From Eledone cirrhosa (Eukaryota): 64,000 nucleotides of DNA. The stretch lies in assembly GCA_964016885.1 (NCBI GenBank), contig OZ024745.1:46438001-46502000 (forward strand). Direction: 5' to 3'. Shown one piece after another: positions 23,780-36,194 of this stretch. The notes below the pieces were generated by a model. The model searched no databases. It was not told the origin of the DNA and was given only the letters and a program-made list of their open reading frames with translations. The translations under genes were made by a program, and so were the position numbers. Numbering within the stretch: the stretch's first letter is position 1; each line of letters opens with the position of its first letter.

Positions 23780-24062
23780 CACCTTTTTTCACCTCTACTC
23801 TTCTAGATGCTCTCTCTACTATGTTCCCGTTGCTTTTCATGGCTCTTCTCCTGCTTGCTACCACAATGCGCAGATTTCCGTAGGTTTGCAAAGGGAACGA
23901 GCTGCGAACCCTCCACCCATTCCTATGGTAGTTCTCCATGAACTCCTAGTACTTTGCTTTTCTTTTCCTCGCCTGTGCCTTCAAGACAACAGTTAGCTCC
24001 AATAGTACGAGCTGTCTTACTGTCTTATCACCCCAGAAACCAAGATGATGTCTGGTCTCACC
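23780..24062 (-). mobile_element. HERO/NeSL-like non-LTR element, restriction-like endonuclease fragment
   Basis: Frameshifted RPDIILVS...RQLVLLELTV...GGGFAARS matches RPDIVL...LELTVPWE...EVGCRGF of RLE-type elements. Confidence 0.6.
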
Positions 24063-25150
24063 ATAGATCGAGAGATGTATGAATTGATCAATCTTGAAAC
24101 TTGAAAAAGATATTCTATTTTGTTGTCTTTCAGTAGTACATTTCTTTCATTCTGATATATATATTTTTGCGTCGTATTTTGAGACATCAGCATTAATAAC
24201 TGCGGGATTAAGAGGACCTTGACGGAAGGGGCTCATTGATGCCGTTGAACCTCTTGTCAGAAGTATGGGGCCGAGAAACCTCATGTGAGGGTAAGGACAA
24301 TTAGTGTGGCCCTCTTTCTTGCTTGACCGTTGCCAGGGGTAGACATGTCTGGTTTGAGCACGAGTATATGTTCTAAGTTTTTTTAATTTTTATCAAGGCT
24401 AGGCAAGTAGGGCTCTCATGAATATTTCCCATTGGAGAGGAGCTGTAAGTGAAGTTACGTTTTCCCCTTACAACAACAAACAAACAACAATACATGCAGC
24501 AACAAGAGAAAATGTCTCGAAAGAGGTTGTAAAAAAAGAACGAAAAAAGAAAATTATGTATAAATATATATTTTCTAAAACCTATTTTTTTCTAAGCCTG
24601 AAAATGAAAACAACGCCAGGGAATAGACGAAATACATTTCTTGTTAAGATGGGGGGAAAAGAAACAAATGCCAAGTAATCCATTGTTTTCAAATATAATT
24701 ACATGTTTGATGTTTTCTTTCTGCTTTTTATGAGGGTAACATAATGATTACGAATATTTTACGACGACTGTACAATGTTCCGACTTCTTAATCTAAGTGT
24801 TAACCATAATTATTATGTGTGTGTATGTGTGGTGTGCATAGGTGAGTATGCCTGTATATGTGTCTTTATGTTTGTATTTGTCCTGTGTGTGTGCGCGCGC
24901 ATAAATCAACGTTGTACATACAAAGACCAAAAACATTGACCTCCTTATGACACTAACTTTTTGTCGTCACTTAATTTCACTCACACAAATATTGTGGGCG
25001 CGCGCGCCAACACGTATTGAAAAAGTGTTTGTTTATAAATGGCTGACTGAACACACATGCTTTTTCTCAAAAACATTTTCTTCTATCTAGAGATTGGGAG
25101 TTGTTTCACGAAATTGTAGGCAGATTTGCTGTTGGTTAGGCTGCCATATT

Positions 25151-25189
<39 letters not shown>

Positions 25190-25748
25190 ATGTTCATTCT
25201 ATGTATACACCTTATGATGTGCTCACTTTGAAATCCAGGCTGTTGCAGTGAATTGTTCTCATTCAGGAGTGAGAAGAAAGAGCACTTGTATCTATGCAAT
25301 GGCGAGCTATTCAGAGATTTCAATGTTCATGATTACAAGTGGCCAAAATAGGGTTTCTCTAAAGGGTCTTCGGAGTAATGTTACTCAATAGAGTGCACAG
25401 CGCCACTACTTCTCAAAATTGGGGGATCACAGCTCCAATATTATGAATATGTGGTTAGAATGTCACAGGAAAGAATCACTGAACACATTTTACAGGTAAA
25501 ATCAAACCAGAAGGAGACCCAGGGCAAGATGATTAACAACTGGTCTTGAGCCATTGCATAGCAAGATTTGATCGGAATTATACAACAGCATTATTGAGGA
25601 GACTGAAGGTTTTAAGGAATTTATAAATGCTGTGGGATAGTGAACAATTCCTTCCTGAAAATATTTATAACTGCCAGTTGATTCAGTTAACCATAACATT
25701 TTTGGGTGCAAGTATTGTTCTTTTGCACAATCACTTATGTGTCTAGGT

Positions 25749-26372
25749 CAGTGGTTCTCAACCTTTTTTTGCCAACGGCACACCTTGGAACACATGAAAA
25801 AATAGCGGCACACCTGGCTAAATATATATGAAAAATATATGCACACTAATGACGATAAATTTTTTTTTTCAAAAATATCAAAAGAAAAAGGCTTCTGTTA
25901 CCATACAATGACTGGTTTTCTGATTCTAAAAGTGTAAAAATCATCTTCATATCTTATTTAGATTTTCTCAAAAGAACTCTGAAAATTACGCTATTTTTCA
26001 ACCATTCTGGTCATATAAATTAGGACTAGATGAAAAAGTAATATATCATTTCCCTCAGTTTTAGAGGTAGATTCTACCATAAAAGTGAAAAAAAGATGCA
26101 TCATATAATAAATCTTTTTTTCTTCCGGGGGGTGGGTGGGGGTGTCTTACCTTAAGACAAGTATTGACTAATATCCATTCATATGATCAATACTAATGAT
26201 GAACGAAACAATAAAAGATACAGAATTTTAGCTTTGCGACATTTCGCTCATCCCTAAATGAACAAAGCTATGTGGTGCAACATGTTACACCACAGACTGT
26301 GAATACACAATTGGGATCACATGGTTTTTCGCATTTTCTTAAGTGTGCCGTTCAAAGTTTTGCGGCACACTG
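25749..26372. mobile_element. hAT (Charlie-like) non-autonomous transposon
   Basis: CAGTGGTTCTCAACC...CACTG ends with a perfect 8-bp TSD GTCTAGGT at 25741-25748 and 26373-26380. Confidence 0.88.
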
Positions 26373-26793
26373 GTCTAGGTAATGATGCTATACATTGAAG
26401 AACACCTGTATAAATTCATTTGGTTTCTTAGCCACTGTGCTTATTGGAGCTTGGTGCATAGCACCATTACTGTTGGGAGGAAATCCCTTCAACTTAAACA
26501 AACCATTGGTAAACTGATCTCCCCAAAATTGGATACTCATGTTTGTAGACACTTTGGTGAAAGTGATGATTTAAGGCAAGTACAGATTTTATCAGCTTTT
26601 GTTACTTTGTGGATTACTATCTGTGATAGATATGTCTTTATATTGATAGACTTTGGTAAGCTGTTGATTGATTGAAAATGTCTTTTCAGTCTTACCAGGA
26701 GTATCAAGGAAGCAAATTACAGCTTGTTGCTTAACTGTCAAAAAGAGCAACATAGACAGCCCCTGGTCGGCAGGGAGTTCTAGTACATTGTCA

Positions 26794-27302
26794 TTAACCC
26801 ATTATCATTTAAACTGGCCAGAATTCTCTCACCTCTTTCTGTTCAAACAAGCCGTAACTGGCCACTCATACTGACGTTAAGGTATTGTTCTCAAAATCTC
26901 ATAGATTCAATACTATGTGAGGTAAAGCCTTTACCGTGAAAATATAATAGTATCATCATCATTTTACGTCCGCTTTTCCCTCCAAGGGTCGGACGGGAAC
27001 TGATTCTGGCTTGATTTCTACAGCTGGATGCCCTTCCTAACACCAACCTCATTTACAGTGAGTGCTGGGTGCTTTTTTGCCATGGCACCTCCACTTTGCA
27101 GTGGAATGATATGGACCCCAGTCCCTATCATCTCATTTCTACAGCTGAGTAAACTGGAGCAATGTTAAATAAAGTGTCTTGCTCAAGGAAACAACACATC
27201 ACCCGGTCTGAGAATTGAACTCACAACCTTTCGATTGCAAGGCCAATGTTCTAACCACTAAGCCATGTGCCTCCTAGTATAATGTAAATACTAAAGGGTT
27301 AA
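26794..27302. mobile_element. piggyBac-like TTAA MITE carrying nested RTE-tail and SINE insertions
   Basis: TTAA-CCCATT...AAAGGG-TTAA. The body matches copies at 44854 and 49858. Confidence 0.75.
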
Positions 27303-29034
27303 CATATGCTGTTATCTCTACCAAAATTACTGTTGCTACATTATTGACATCAGTATAGTTAGGCTAAAGGAAGCCATATTTTTTTTTAGTACTTGGCAAT
27401 TTATTTTCAACTTTTTCTCAATATCAGTGAACTCATAAAAGTTTTGGCTGTTTGAGATGACAATGTTGGATCTAACTAGGTCATCATTCTCTAACACTAC
27501 CTCAAAAAACAGTTACAGAGAAGCATTCATGTTGATTGGGGTATATGGTGTACACTCTTCCAATGACACCATCAAACTTTTTCAAGTTGACTTTCAACAG
27601 CGGAACATTTGAAATGAGCTAAAAGGGCTGTCCCGTAAATGTGATTGCTATGCATCACTTACTAGAGTGAAGTAAACCTGTTGGCTCTCTTCCAAGTGGA
27701 AAGCATGCTGTCAAATTACAGGATATCTGTCACAAATGGGAAAGACAAATTGCATCAGAAAACTTCATTGCTGCTAATGTCCCCACAGACATTGGGTAAC
27801 TTTATCAGTTATTTTACTGTATTATAACAAACAATGCTACATTATAGTCCTTGATATATTTCCAGGCCTGAATACTGATTGCATGAAATGTCTTGATCAG
27901 TAGGGACTATCCATTTGTTGTTAATTTTATACTGCAAGCCTCCATTCTCTTCTGCTCTCCTAAGGGGGATAGACATCTTGAGGTGTTGGGGGTACCTTGA
28001 CAAATGGTCTTGGAAACCATTTGATACTTTTGTTAAGTTCTATACAAGGTGAATTCTTGTTGGGGGCACCATGGAGATCATGACCCACTTGGGTATAAAC
28101 AACTGATTAGCTCTTTGTTTCTGTCAGGGTCTGGAAGCTCTGCTGATATAAAATGGAGTCAAATCTTGTTAACCAGAATGTGTGCATATGACAAAACTCT
28201 TTTTTGCTATATGACACCTAACCAATCCAAATATTTGGCACTTCGTAATCAAATTCTTCAGTTATTATGCCTGTAAATGCATGTTTGGCCTAAATTTTGT
28301 TTAAGTAGTGAAGAGTTTCAGGTGGCTGAATTAGCATGCATGCCTCTGCATTCTGTGTTCATTTGTGTGTGTGAAGGGAAGAATGTAATATTGACCAAGC
28401 TCTTTTCCAGCTACATCATTACTAATTACAACTTGTATATGCACACAAGACCATGTACTAGCTCTTTTTAGTGAGTTCTAATGTAGCACTAGCTTTCAGA
28501 TCATATCTTTGCAAACTAACAGATTTCATTTTTATGTAATTGGTTGAATGAATTCTCTCAACTATGAAGTGAAAGGTATAGAAGTTCATACTTGAGAGAT
28601 GCTTTGAAGAATTTTATCAAGCTTGTATTCTTGACATTTAACTTCTCATAATAGCACTTCCATGACTTTCTTTTCAGTGTTAGTGTGCTCTTATCATTCC
28701 ATATACATTCTCCAGTATACTGCCGTGGAATATAGTGATCATCTCTAGTACGTTGCCTTGCAACCAGTCTAAGTGAGACCACCAGTCCCACACTGTAAAT
28801 ATGGTTGGTGTTAGGAAAGGCATCCAGCAAAAAACACAGGGTCCACTATGAGCAGGGATCAATGCGGCCAACTGACTAGACCTGCCTCATTACAGGTTCA
28901 CCCAGCTCCCAAATACAGAACTGCTTATAAGGTACAGTGCAGCCAACTGGTGACTGACCTCATAATGTGGACGACACGCTTAACCCATGTAAGCATGGAA
29001 CATAAGATGTTAAACTGATATATACATACAAATC

Positions 29035-29422
29035 ATCAACTTTTAATTTATAACTTTGCAGTCAGTTTAATAACCGGAGATTTGTTTAGTTGTAGATTGT
29101 CAAAGCTCTTTCGTCACAGTGTGATTACTTTCGTTGTTATTTTGTGAGGTGTGTACTTGGACTGTGCATGTGTTACACTCTCTTTCTCTCTCTTGTGCAG
29201 ATGTGTGCGTGTGCGTGTTTATGAATTTTCTTTCCTACTTGTCACTAGTTACACACATAGAATACAAAATCCAGGGTGTGTGTAGGGCTGTCCATCTTTT
29301 CTTGTGTCTATATTGCCCTTATGTTCTGAAGAGGTCACAGAATGTGTGACAAAAGACCTTTGACAATCAACAACTGGTGCATGTGTTTTTATTGGCAGCA
29401 TGACCCTCCAAAAGTATAACAT
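29035..29422. repeat. Two oppositely oriented copies of the family-C hammerhead-like repeat
   Basis: TGTGACGAAAGAGCTTTGACAATC on the minus strand (29095-29125) and CTGAAGAGGTCACA..TGTGACAAAAGACCTTTGACAATC on the plus strand (29326-29368). Downstream flanks match 14180-14305. Confidence 0.6.
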
Positions 29423-29682
29423 ATATAAAGCATATATACATACACGCATGTATGTATATATAGGTAAACACTTGAACATAATCCAGAGGTGAGGAGAAAT
29501 ATATAAATTATACAATTTAAAATTATCATTAAACATTAAGGTTATAATTTCAGCAGCAGAGCATTGACTAGATTAAATATTGACTCAACTCTTCACTCCA
29601 TTGCTCTTTAGCCTTCAATTTGTTCATTGTAAGATTGCTGTATAAAGTTTGATGGCAAAATAAAATAAAATAAACAACCAGA

Positions 29683-29713
<31 letters not shown>

Positions 29714-32700
29714 ACCATCATTTAGGTCCGCTTTATCTGGTAGACATACATAGATATGTAGTGAAAATATTTATGTAATACACAAAGGGTAAGCAGCAAA
29801 AGAAGAGGCATTCTTTTGATAGGCTATCTCAAAAACAAGATAAATCAATAAAATGTTACAACTTTTAACTATTTTATAAAAAAAAATTCAATCCAAATGA
29901 CTAAATAGAAATATGCAATAACATTATGACCATACAAATATACAATAGAATTGTTCTGTTAGAAGGAAGTTAATTTCCTTCATCTGCCTGAATATCTTAG
30001 CTATTTTTAAATATTTCACCTGTTTTTCATTAAAGGTAGTACATCAGTGCAAAGCGTATTTTTGGAATAATTACTCATTGATAGATTCATTAAAATTGTT
30101 TTAATACTTTTGAAACAATTTAAAAGAAAAAAAAAAAAAAAACAACAAAAAACAAAAAAAAAAAAAAACATTGAACTGTAAAAATAACCGAAGAAACTTT
30201 CAGAAAACATTAAAATTTCTTTGAGTATTTTAAAAAGGATTTTAACACTTCATTTTTATAGATATAAATTTTGTATATTTCGATGCTCTTTTTTGGACTG
30301 TTCGGTCAGCAAAAGTCAAAGCATGCATAAATGTAAAATGAGTTTTGGAAGATGACTGAACTTGCATATCAACAAGTATAATAAAATTTCATTAAATGAT
30401 TTGTTATATGAGAAATGACAGAAAAGGAGTGGGGTGGGATTTATTGCATTTAAATTAATGAATCAAAGCTTTATGCAATGAAATGATATTGTTGATTGAA
30501 AGGTTTTAAGGCATTAATATTTGACATAATTTAGAGGGTGGTCAATCAATCAAAATATGCTTATTCTAATAAGTATTGATTAACAAGTTTATCTGTATAA
30601 AGATATAAATATTTCGCCATGTGCGTGTAGGAGCTTGGGAAATAAAGCCTTAATCTAACTGAATTAGGCTACACTAAGTGCTGCTTGGAATCATACTGTT
30701 TATAAGTTAACAGTTTAGAAGTGAACTGTTTATATATCAATTGTCCTAGAGTTTATTCAAGAGTAGTAGTAGGGGGGGGGGGGGGGGGCATATATATCCT
30801 TAAATCAAAGAGTGAAATTGAATTTTAGTTTACTGACAAATCTAAATCCCATTTCTTTCAGCTGATTAACATTTACAACAATGAAGGACACAAGGAACTC
30901 TGCTAAATATTCATCAACTATGATAAAGTTTCTGATTAAAAAATATGTACCATTAAATGGAGCCAAATGTGTAAATTTATACAGACTCAAGCACAAAACA
31001 GACAGAATATACTGACAGCATGAACAAGTGGAGTGGATATGGAAACATCTGATGGATGAAGAGATTTGTAGAATAGGAGTAAATGGGGAAACAATTGATT
31101 TAAAGTACAGTGTAGAGTGGGGAGCTACATGAAAAGGGAGAATATGTTTATACAAATATGTGTAACATATCAGAGAAGACTTAAAAATTTCAAAATATAT
31201 TAACCAAAATACATGAAAACTAATTTAAATCAATAAAAACATTATGAACAATAGCTTACTTATTTTAATGCAGTGTTAAACTGGATAAAAAATATACATA
31301 TTTTCTATTTTGAGTGAATTGTTATTATGAAAAGAATGTAATCTTTGAATTAGAAGCTACAGAGCCATTGAAAGTCATAAAATAAGAAAATAACTAAGAG
31401 TTATTTCTTCCTCGTTTTATTTATTCAAAATGTTACATTTGAAATATTGGCTCATGCCAGCAAGACAACCACATCTGATCATTCATTTATAAATAGCAGT
31501 CTTCAACAACAGCTTAACTAGTTAACTTCAGATCTAGAAGAAAGAATCAGAGGAATGTAACGATCCAGATGATTCATACTAGAATCAATGTGACATGCTG
31601 CCATTGAAGATATGCAGAAAAAACAGTTAGTTAGAAACCTGCCAAACTATGAGATTTTAAAACTAGTGAAGTACAGTTGATTTAAAATTCTTTTTTGGAG
31701 TGTGAATAACAGGCATTAATATATTTTAGCAATAATTTTCTAGAATCAGCATCACTTATAAAAAAAAAGTATAAGAGACTAATTAAGAGTTCCCAACTAT
31801 CTTTTGTAATATATCATTATGTCAGTGATAGAATAAAAACAAAGTTTAGATTATGCCACAAATTACAATACAACATATCTATCAATAATGTTACATGGTA
31901 AACAGATTCAGGTTTTGAGTCAGCACCAACAACAGGCTCATTTTGGATTTTACTTTCAAATATTAAGAAATAAGTTTTGAACATCTGTGAATGAGTTTAT
32001 AATATGAAGCAAAGGACAGGAAAGAGAATTTTACATAATTTGCACAATTAATGAAAATCAGTTATTATGACAGAAAACAATTTCAGAACACCATTTTAAA
32101 ATAGCATTTTCTTAAGAAATAAATTACATAATCAAAAGTAATACCTTGAGACAACAAAGCATTGATTAAAAATTTGGTTGACATTATTAAAACCTTTTGA
32201 ACATCTATTTCCCTTTTGCAACAAAAAGAATGATTTGAAATAATACATGCCTTTCGTATCATAAGGATGAAATAACTGAAACAGCTTAAAATTAAAGATT
32301 TGACATTTATTTATACTAAGGCATTTTCAAGGTAAAACAATTAAATGGGACCATAATATGTAGATTACCAACTAATTACACTACTGTATTATATGTAATG
32401 TTCAATTTTTAATGTTAAAACTAATTAAATTATAAGCAATTTTGAATGTTCAAATTTCACTGAAAACAACTGTAGAGACCCATAAGATATTTTAAAGAAA
32501 CTATGACAGGACATAATGAATATAATTTATAGTTTGACGTTTATATAATTTGTTTATAACTTATTGCAATTATTCATAAAGCAATTTTCCAATATAAATT
32601 TTCTTTGAAAGCTTAAAATTTGAAATGATACAGGTCACACAATCATATGTAGCACCAATAAACTAAAATTTAAAAAAATATGAAAATCAACAATACCTTT

Positions 32701-35700
32701 CTATTTTGCCAATAGCAAATATCACACAGTTAAAAAAAGAAACAGAATTAGGAGTTAACATAATTTCCATACTATTTTTCCAATGATTTGCATAAAACAG
32801 CAACCAATAAAGTATTCAAACAATCCTTAAATTTCTTGGAAAGTGGGGAGGGATGTATAAAAATCTTATGATATACTTGTCTATGTTTTAAAATGAATGT
32901 TTTTGTTCAAGCAAAAACCTCCATTTGAGCTTAACATATGTCACTCCATAGACAACTGTATATTTAACAAAAACTTTTAACAATTGCATTAAAATATTAA
33001 GGTGATGATAGTAAGGAATTTCATTAAAGATTACCATTTAATGTTTTAATAATGAAAGAATAATAATATTAAATATATCACAAATTTAATGTGGGCAATA
33101 AAAAAAAAAAAAAATTGAAATCCCCATTTGAAATAAATGTTTGGGGGAATAAATTCTTTTAATTTTTTAAAATCTATTATTTTAAATCCAAACCAACTCA
33201 TTGTCTGAAACCCTAAATTTCATACAAACAAAATTGGAAAGAAGAATGACTATCATGTTACTCCAGATTTACCAAAGAATTAATTTAAAGTGAAGGAAGA
33301 AAAAAAAAAACAAAAAAAAAAAACTAAATATAAATGAAATACAACAAGTTAATTAAATGCACACTTTTCTTATAATAATTCAAATAGTTTTACTTGGGAT
33401 AGTAATATATATATATATATATATTTTAGTTACATAAAATAAAAATATATTTGATAAAATTTTAAAAATACAGTAGTATCTTACAAACTTCATTTCAAAT
33501 ATTTTATAAAGCAATATAGTTTATATATATTTTGGAAATATACAAATTGTATTTAATGTGAGAAAAAAAAAAAAAAGTATTACAACCAATTTAAACCAAA
33601 CTTGATTTCTTTTGTTGGTCACACACGATATACAACTTTATATCTATAACTTTAATGATAGTCTAATAATCTATATGTTTCTATTTCATAAATTCACTCG
33701 GTTTCAATTTTCAAGGAGTAAAGAATTTATGAATAAAATATTTAATTAATTTATAAGCAAAGGCAAAATATATATTCCAATAAATTATTTTCATTATTTG
33801 AAACCAACACAAAATTTTAATCCATTTTTTAACAGTTACTGAAATAGCAGTTTACTATTAAATATACTATCTATAATCAAATAATTTTGCATGATCTTAT
33901 TTATATTTCAGAATTCTCCATTAGTTAAAAAATACTTCAAGATTTTATTGGAAATTCATGAAGTGTATTTTTTTTTTTAATCAGACTATATATATATATT
34001 GTAAATGTGGTTAGATGCTGTTTTTCTTTGTGTAAAACAACAATCTGCTCAATGCACACTGACATAGTTATAGCAGTGTGTGTGTGTTTTAGTGCTAGTA
34101 GATATTTCCATACCACTATTTCAAACTAGTATCCAGAAGACTACTATGTCAAAATTCTTGGATACTAACATAAAACCATAGTATGGAAGAGGTACTATAT
34201 ATAAAATTGATGACACAAACGAAAATAGAGTAGTTAATTATACATATATTAATGATATAGTCCTTTACAGAGAATACATTGTAATTAGAGTTTCATACTT
34301 AACCAATAAATTAAGCAGTTATCTGACAATGTTGAAGTATTCAAACAAGGTTTCGGTAGGTACATGATAGATAGGATGCAAATGTTACAAGAGTTGTAAC
34401 ACCATGAATTTGAATAGTTGTTTTGAAGAATTCTACATGTTTACACACATACATGTATATATACAGATGTGCAATGCATAGATACATTTACTAATTCAAT
34501 GAATATGTAGGGCCCAAAGACATTAAAACAGAAATGAGGGACCATTCTGCTACAGATATGAAGAGTGGGTGAAAGTTATGAGTAAAGCCATTTAGTCCAG
34601 TGATAGCAATTAATTTCAGTTTTCCATTACATACTTATGAAAGTGGTAATATTTTGTAAACATTTCAGACCATGTTTAGATAGTTAACAAAATTATAAAG
34701 GTTTATAAGCATGATGCTTTTCTCAGCTATATATATATAAATTTCATCTTTTATACACGTTTTTATAAGGTCTATTTCTCTCAAGGATCATCCACTTCAT
34801 ATTGAATTTAGTAGTGTGTTCTTTCAAATGATAGATGTAATCAGACAATTTTGTTATTCCATTTTGTTTATATGAAGTACCATTGTTTAAATTTACCTTT
34901 TGTCCTAACTATATAGCATTTCTGTACTACATTGAAGTTTAGTTTGGTTTGGTGGAAATGACTTGTTTCATATGATTGCTTCAGCATTACATGGATTAAG
35001 TAGGCACATAGTATTTCTGCATGTTCAAATAGCCTCAGTTAATTTAGGTTTATAAGTAATTAGATTCTTCATATTAGTAGAGCAACAGTGGCTCAGTTTA
35101 GAAGTATTTCCCTGAATCTATGGTTAAGGAAATGCTTATGAAGTAAGGTTATGAATTTCTTAGCAATATTGGGACTTCACGTTTAACAAAACATATGTAA
35201 ACAGCATTGCTTCCTAGTTTAGGATGGTGAGAGGTGTGTGTGTGGATGTAAGTAATTCTGTCTTTGAAACTACAACATTTTACTGTTTAATTTTAGTAAG
35301 AGGTTGTTTGTAAATTAGGTATTTAAAAACTATTGGAAGATGGCAGGTCATATTACCGAGTTTTTTGTTCGGTTTGGCAGAAGGTTTATGTAAATAAATT
35401 ATTTACTTAGTGCATCACAGAGCTATTGTCTGACTCCATACTTCCATCAACAGAACCTAATCTAATTTTCTAATCCAGACAGATTCTTTGTTAAAAAGAT
35501 TTTCTAGTATACACAATCTCAATTTCATAGTCACCTATCTTATATGCATCTCATACAATTCTAGAGCACTGATAACGAGGGATATAGAAATAATATACAA
35601 GTCATATCATAGAGACAAAAATTTGAGTTATATTATTAAACCAACAAATAACCTGCAATTTAATAAGTGAAGGCAGGTTATATTCATAATAATATTGTTG

Positions 35701-35741
35701 ATATTGCTTAACATTTTCTTGTTTGTTAATATGTTTTCCAA

Positions 35742-35954
35742 TTTAACCTTTCATGACCATATTACTAACAAAATACACAATTTCAATTAATCAATGAAGA
35801 ATTTTGAGGGATTTATTAAAATTATTATGAAAATACTAAAATCCACCAATAATATTTTATTTAAGAACCATGTTAAGTTAAATAGGAACTCTTTATAATG
35901 GGTAATTTTATTTCATGGAATCAGATTTGGTTGGCTTGGTATCAAAAGGGTTAA
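35742..35954. mobile_element. TTAA-flanked MITE, second family (also ~38202-38450, 38880-39084, 50130-50342)
   Basis: TTAA-CCTTT...AAAAGGG-TTAA ends and a shared internal sequence among copies. Confidence 0.65.
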
Positions 35955-36162
35955 TGAGATTGAGCTCAGATTTACAATGTATTTTCTGTAAAGGATTGTA
36001 AGCATATATACACACACACACACACATACACATCTATATATGTATATATACACACATATATATATATAAACAAGTGGTGATAAAATATAAGAGTGGGGAG
36101 AAAACACTTATTGGTCCAGAATAAATAAGAATATCAAGAGCTGACATCTACAGTAAAGTGAG

Positions 36163-36194
<32 letters not shown>

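Larger units (their letters stand above)
25450..28480 (-). mobile_element. Decayed autonomous Helitron (Rep plus PIF1 helicase), interrupted by younger insertions
   Basis: In order on the minus strand: QKRVLSYAHILV (Rep HUH motif, ~28190), VIGRVYTIYPNQHECF (~27550), GKTEKTF (Walker A-like, ~26690), ADKICTCLKSS (~26580), YPTAFINSLKPS...IMLLYN...LCNGSR (~25600). Confidence 0.8.

Noticed and set aside
35405-35462. Possible extra terminal PATL1 coding exon (GSVDGSMESDNSSVMH*)
   Set aside because: Weak acceptor, no matching upstream donor phase and no recognisable homology.
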